DNA of 64,000 nt from an uncultured Candidatus Saccharibacteria bacterium (GTDB lineage Bacteria; Patescibacteriota; Saccharimonadia; Saccharimonadales; Saccharimonadaceae): positions 81,632 to 145,631 of the forward strand of contig CALCYQ010000001.1 in assembly GCA_937906385.1 (NCBI GenBank). Reading direction: 5' to 3'. Numbering within the stretch: the stretch's first letter is position 1; each line of letters starts with the position of its first letter. Both the position numbers and the translations under genes were made by a program. Under the pieces are notes generated by a model. It had not been told where the DNA came from. It saw nothing but the letters and a program-made list of their open reading frames with translations, and did not search any database. Of this stretch, positions 61,637-64,000 are shown in pieces.

Positions 61637-63874
61637 ATGGCAGATAAGAAAGCCGCTTCACAGGCCGCCGCAGTTCCAGCACCGGCACCTGCGCCGGTTA
61701 AAACTAGCGTAATTGATCAAGTCGCCGAAAAGATTCGCACGAGCGACAACGTTTTGGTTGCGCTCTCTAAAGATCCTTCCGTCGATGAGCTTTCGGCTGC
61801 CCTTGGTTTGACTTTTATTCTCGATAAGATGGGCAAGCATGCCACTGCTATTTTCTCTGGCGCTGTGCCAAATGCCATCGAATTCCTCGAGCCAGAAAAG
61901 ACCTTTGAAGTTAATACAAATAGCCTTCAAGATTTCATTATCGCCCTCGATAAAGAGAAGGCCGACCACCTCCGTTACAAGATTGAGGGCGACTTCGTTA
62001 AAGTTTTCATTACACCTTATCGCACTACTATTGAAGAAAGCGACCTTGAGTTTAGCCATGGCGACTTCAACGTCGATTTGATCATCTCTCTCAACGTCCA
62101 AAGCGCCGACGAACTCGATGGTGCTTTGAGCGAATATGGTCGAATTAAGCATGACGCAAGCTCAATCAACATTTCTGCACATGAGCCAGGGAAGTTTGGC
62201 GACATTGAATGGGGTAATCCAAAAGCCTCTTCTGTCTCGGAAATGATTGCCTTACTTACGGATCGCTTCGATAATACCGAAGAAAATATTGTCGACAAGA
62301 CCGTTGCTACCGCTTTAATGGCCGGCATCGTCGCCGCAACGAATCGCTTCTCAAACGAGCGTACCTCTGCTAACACGATGAGCGTCGCTAGCATGCTAAT
62401 GACGGCGGGCGCCGATCAACAGCTGATTTCCTCAAGTATCCCAGTAGATGTTATTGGTGGTCCAACTACGGACGTATCTGGCGAAGTCGAGATAGAGACC
62501 CCGGCACCAAAGGATACTCCAGCTCCAGCGGAAAAGCCAGTCGAACCGGCTCCAGCGTCAGAACCAGCTCCAGCTCCAGCTCCAGAGTCAGAACCTGAAA
62601 CCGAACAAATGTCCGGTGAAGTAGACATGGACGCCCTTGAAGCCGAATCCGCCCCTGCTGAATCGACCCCAACGTCAGAACCAGCTCCAGCTCCAGCCCC
62701 GACCCCAGCGCCCGAACCAATCCCAGCTCCAGCTCCAGCCCCGACCCCAGCACCAGTAAACGATGAATCTTCAATCGATTTACGTCACGGCGCAATAGAT
62801 TTCGACCCAGACGAGGAAGAAAAAGTCCAAGCCGCCGCGGACCCAGCCGCATCGGTTGTAGTCGCCCCAGACGTCTCGCCGGAAGATCAAAAGCCTGAAC
62901 GCGAAGGTCCAGTCGTCCCAGGTGCCGCTATGGATGCTGTCGAAGAGCCAGAAAATGAAGCTGAAGACGCCATCGATATTGCACTTCAACGTGCCGCCGC
63001 TGCAGCCGCCGCTCAACAGGCCGGCAATGGCGCGGCTCAAAATGATGTTCAAGCCGAGCTCGAGCGTATCGTAAATGGCGAAAATAATCCTAGCACGGTT
63101 GCCACTAATCAGGTCATGGAAGAGCTACGCCAAGCGTCCGAAGCTCCAGCGCCAGCTTCTTCTGTTAGCGGATTAAAGAATATTCAGCCAATTGGCGATG
63201 GCATCCATGCGCCAACTCCGCCACATGATTATGCCGCGATGATGTCCGCTGAGCTTGCCGCCGCAAACGCTCCGACCACCCAAGCGCCACAGATGCAACA
63301 AGTTCCGCAAATGCCACAAATGCAACAGATGCCACAGATGCAACAAGTCCCGCAAATGCCGCAAATGCAACAGATGCCACAGATGCAACAAGTTCCGCAA
63401 ATGCCACAGATGCCACAAGCGCCTGCCGCCGCCCAAGCTCCACAAATAGCCCAAGCGCCAGTGATGCAAGCTCCAGCGATGCCGATGCCAGAAGCTAATG
63501 CTGAATATGTTGCGCCATTGCCGATGCCAGACGCCAGTTCGATTTTACCGCCACCACCAGCACCGTTTGATCCGGCAAATGCGCCAGCTAGCGTAGCGGC
63601 CGCTCCGGCCGAGGCGCCTACCGCGCAGGCTTTCGCTGAGCAAATTCAAGCCGCTAATCCAGTAATGGCACCGCAAGCTCCACAAATGGCCCAAGCGCCA
63701 GCGATGCAAGCTCCAGCCATGCCAGCTCCAGTTGCTCAACCAATGACTCAAGCACCAGCTGCGCCACTCATGTCTGAGCCAGCCCCAGTTGGCTCCGGCT
63801 ATATGCAGAATCCTGTCATGCAAGACCAAGTCTATCCGGACGATCCGTCCGCCTTCCAAATTCCTGGAATGTAG
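61637..63874 (+). CDS. Degenerate DHH (NrnA-like) domain fused to about 480 aa of Pro/Ala/Gln-rich low-complexity sequence
   Basis: ASSVSEMI and AGIVAATNRF match NrnA blocks, but the catalytic motifs read SKDPSVDE and ISAH in place of H..DPD.. and DHH. The rest is PAPAP and PQMQQ repeats. Confidence 0.55.
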   Translation: MADKKAASQAAAVPAPAPAPVKTSVIDQVAEKIRTSDNVLVALSKDPSVDELSAALGLTFILDKMGKHATAIFSGAVPNAIEFLEPEKTFEVNTNSLQDFIIALDKEKADHLRYKIEGDFVKVFITPYRTTIEESDLEFSHGDFNVDLIISLNVQSADELDGALSEYGRIKHDASSINISAHEPGKFGDIEWGNPKASSVSEMIALLTDRFDNTEENIVDKTVATALMAGIVAATNRFSNERTSANTMSVASMLMTAGADQQLISSSIPVDVIGGPTTDVSGEVEIETPAPKDTPAPAEKPVEPAPASEPAPAPAPESEPETEQMSGEVDMDALEAESAPAESTPTSEPAPAPAPTPAPEPIPAPAPAPTPAPVNDESSIDLRHGAIDFDPDEEEKVQAAADPAASVVVAPDVSPEDQKPEREGPVVPGAAMDAVEEPENEAEDAIDIALQRAAAAAAAQQAGNGAAQNDVQAELERIVNGENNPSTVATNQVMEELRQASEAPAPASSVSGLKNIQPIGDGIHAPTPPHDYAAMMSAELAAANAPTTQAPQMQQVPQMPQMQQMPQMQQVPQMPQMQQMPQMQQVPQMPQMPQAPAAAQAPQIAQAPVMQAPAMPMPEANAEYVAPLPMPDASSILPPPPAPFDPANAPASVAAAPAEAPTAQAFAEQIQAANPVMAPQAPQMAQAPAMQAPAMPAPVAQPMTQAPAAPLMSEPAPVGSGYMQNPVMQDQVYPDDPSAFQIPGM
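63287..63421 (+). repeat. Tandem 45-nt coding repeat, about 3 copies (PQMQQVPQMPQMQQM)
   Basis: ccacagatgcaacaagttccgcaaatgccacaaatgcaacagatg is repeated at 63287, 63332 and 63377 with a few synonymous differences. Confidence 0.85.
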
Positions 63875-63907
63875 TCTCTTAGATTCGCATTGATGTAAAA
63901 TTAGAAT

Positions 63908-64000
63908 ATGCATAAAATCCTCAGTATTTTGTTGGCGATTGCTATCAGTTGCATTTTGGCTTGTCCGACAAGCGCCATTTCGCTCGATGCTGCGCAAATG
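63908..64000 (+). CDS. Start of a secreted/lipoprotein-like protein, 3' end off-window
   Basis: MHKILSILLAIAISCILACPTSA.. signal peptide with a possible lipobox (ILAC). Only 31 codons are visible. Confidence 0.35.
   Translation, partial: MHKILSILLAIAISCILACPTSAISLDAAQM

Noticed and set aside
62416-63469. Several ORFs on both strands within the PAPAP/PQMQQ region.
   Set aside because: They are artefacts of low-complexity, repeat-rich coding DNA that lacks stops in several frames. The + strand 745-aa frame has a real N-terminal domain and start context.
1-64000. Prophage, transposon or integrative element.
   Set aside because: I recognised no integrase, transposase, recombinase, phage structural or replication genes. 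The only island-like segment is the R-M islet, which lacks mobility genes.

Overview
Gene-dense 64-kb stretch with about 70 CDS and 5 tRNAs. I found no rRNA, CRISPR array, transposase or integrase. The gene content points to a reduced-genome monoderm bacterium, probably Patescibacteria/CPR and most likely Saccharibacteria. That placement is inference only; no search was run. The supporting features are type IV pilus genes, ComEC without a nuclease domain, SLH and lamin-tail surface proteins, a T4SS-type pilin, a half-size TsaB, a Zn-finger-less DnaJ, an RNase HII-YraN fusion, tailed ribosomal proteins, and no biosynthetic operons.

Housekeeping genes present are ruvC, ruvA, ruvB, recA, recX, metG, rny, tilS, rsmA, tsaE, tsaB, rplS, rpsT, rnhA, rnhB, dut and yebC. 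Envelope and surface genes include an SLH beta-helix protein, an LTD protein, a SleB-like hydrolase, a G5/DUF348 hydrolase, an LtaS-like sulfatase and a DsbA-like protein. Pilus and DNA-uptake genes include pilB, a pilin, a minor-pilin operon with a 1217-aa secreted protein, ComEC and a DUF1524 nuclease. An A+T-rich defence islet carries Type III mod and res plus a DUF2726 gene.

The strongest candidate for something undescribed is the 1.3-kb ORF-free gap between ruvB and mod (16249-17564). It holds four tandem promoter-hairpin-terminator sRNA units. Three of them are convergent with conserved, SD-preceded 21-27-codon ORFs, a type I toxin-antitoxin-like array. A roughly 220-nt structured mod leader with mutually exclusive helices follows.

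Other notable points:
- Many genes start with a leaderless TAnAAT-N6-8-ATG arrangement.
- A dihydrolipoyl-dehydrogenase homolog lacks both redox cysteines.
- comEC carries an in-frame TGA.
- The initiator tRNA has C33.
- A degenerate DHH domain is fused to a PQ-rich repeat tail.
- An orphan structured RNA with a 23-codon ORF lies downstream of ruvA.
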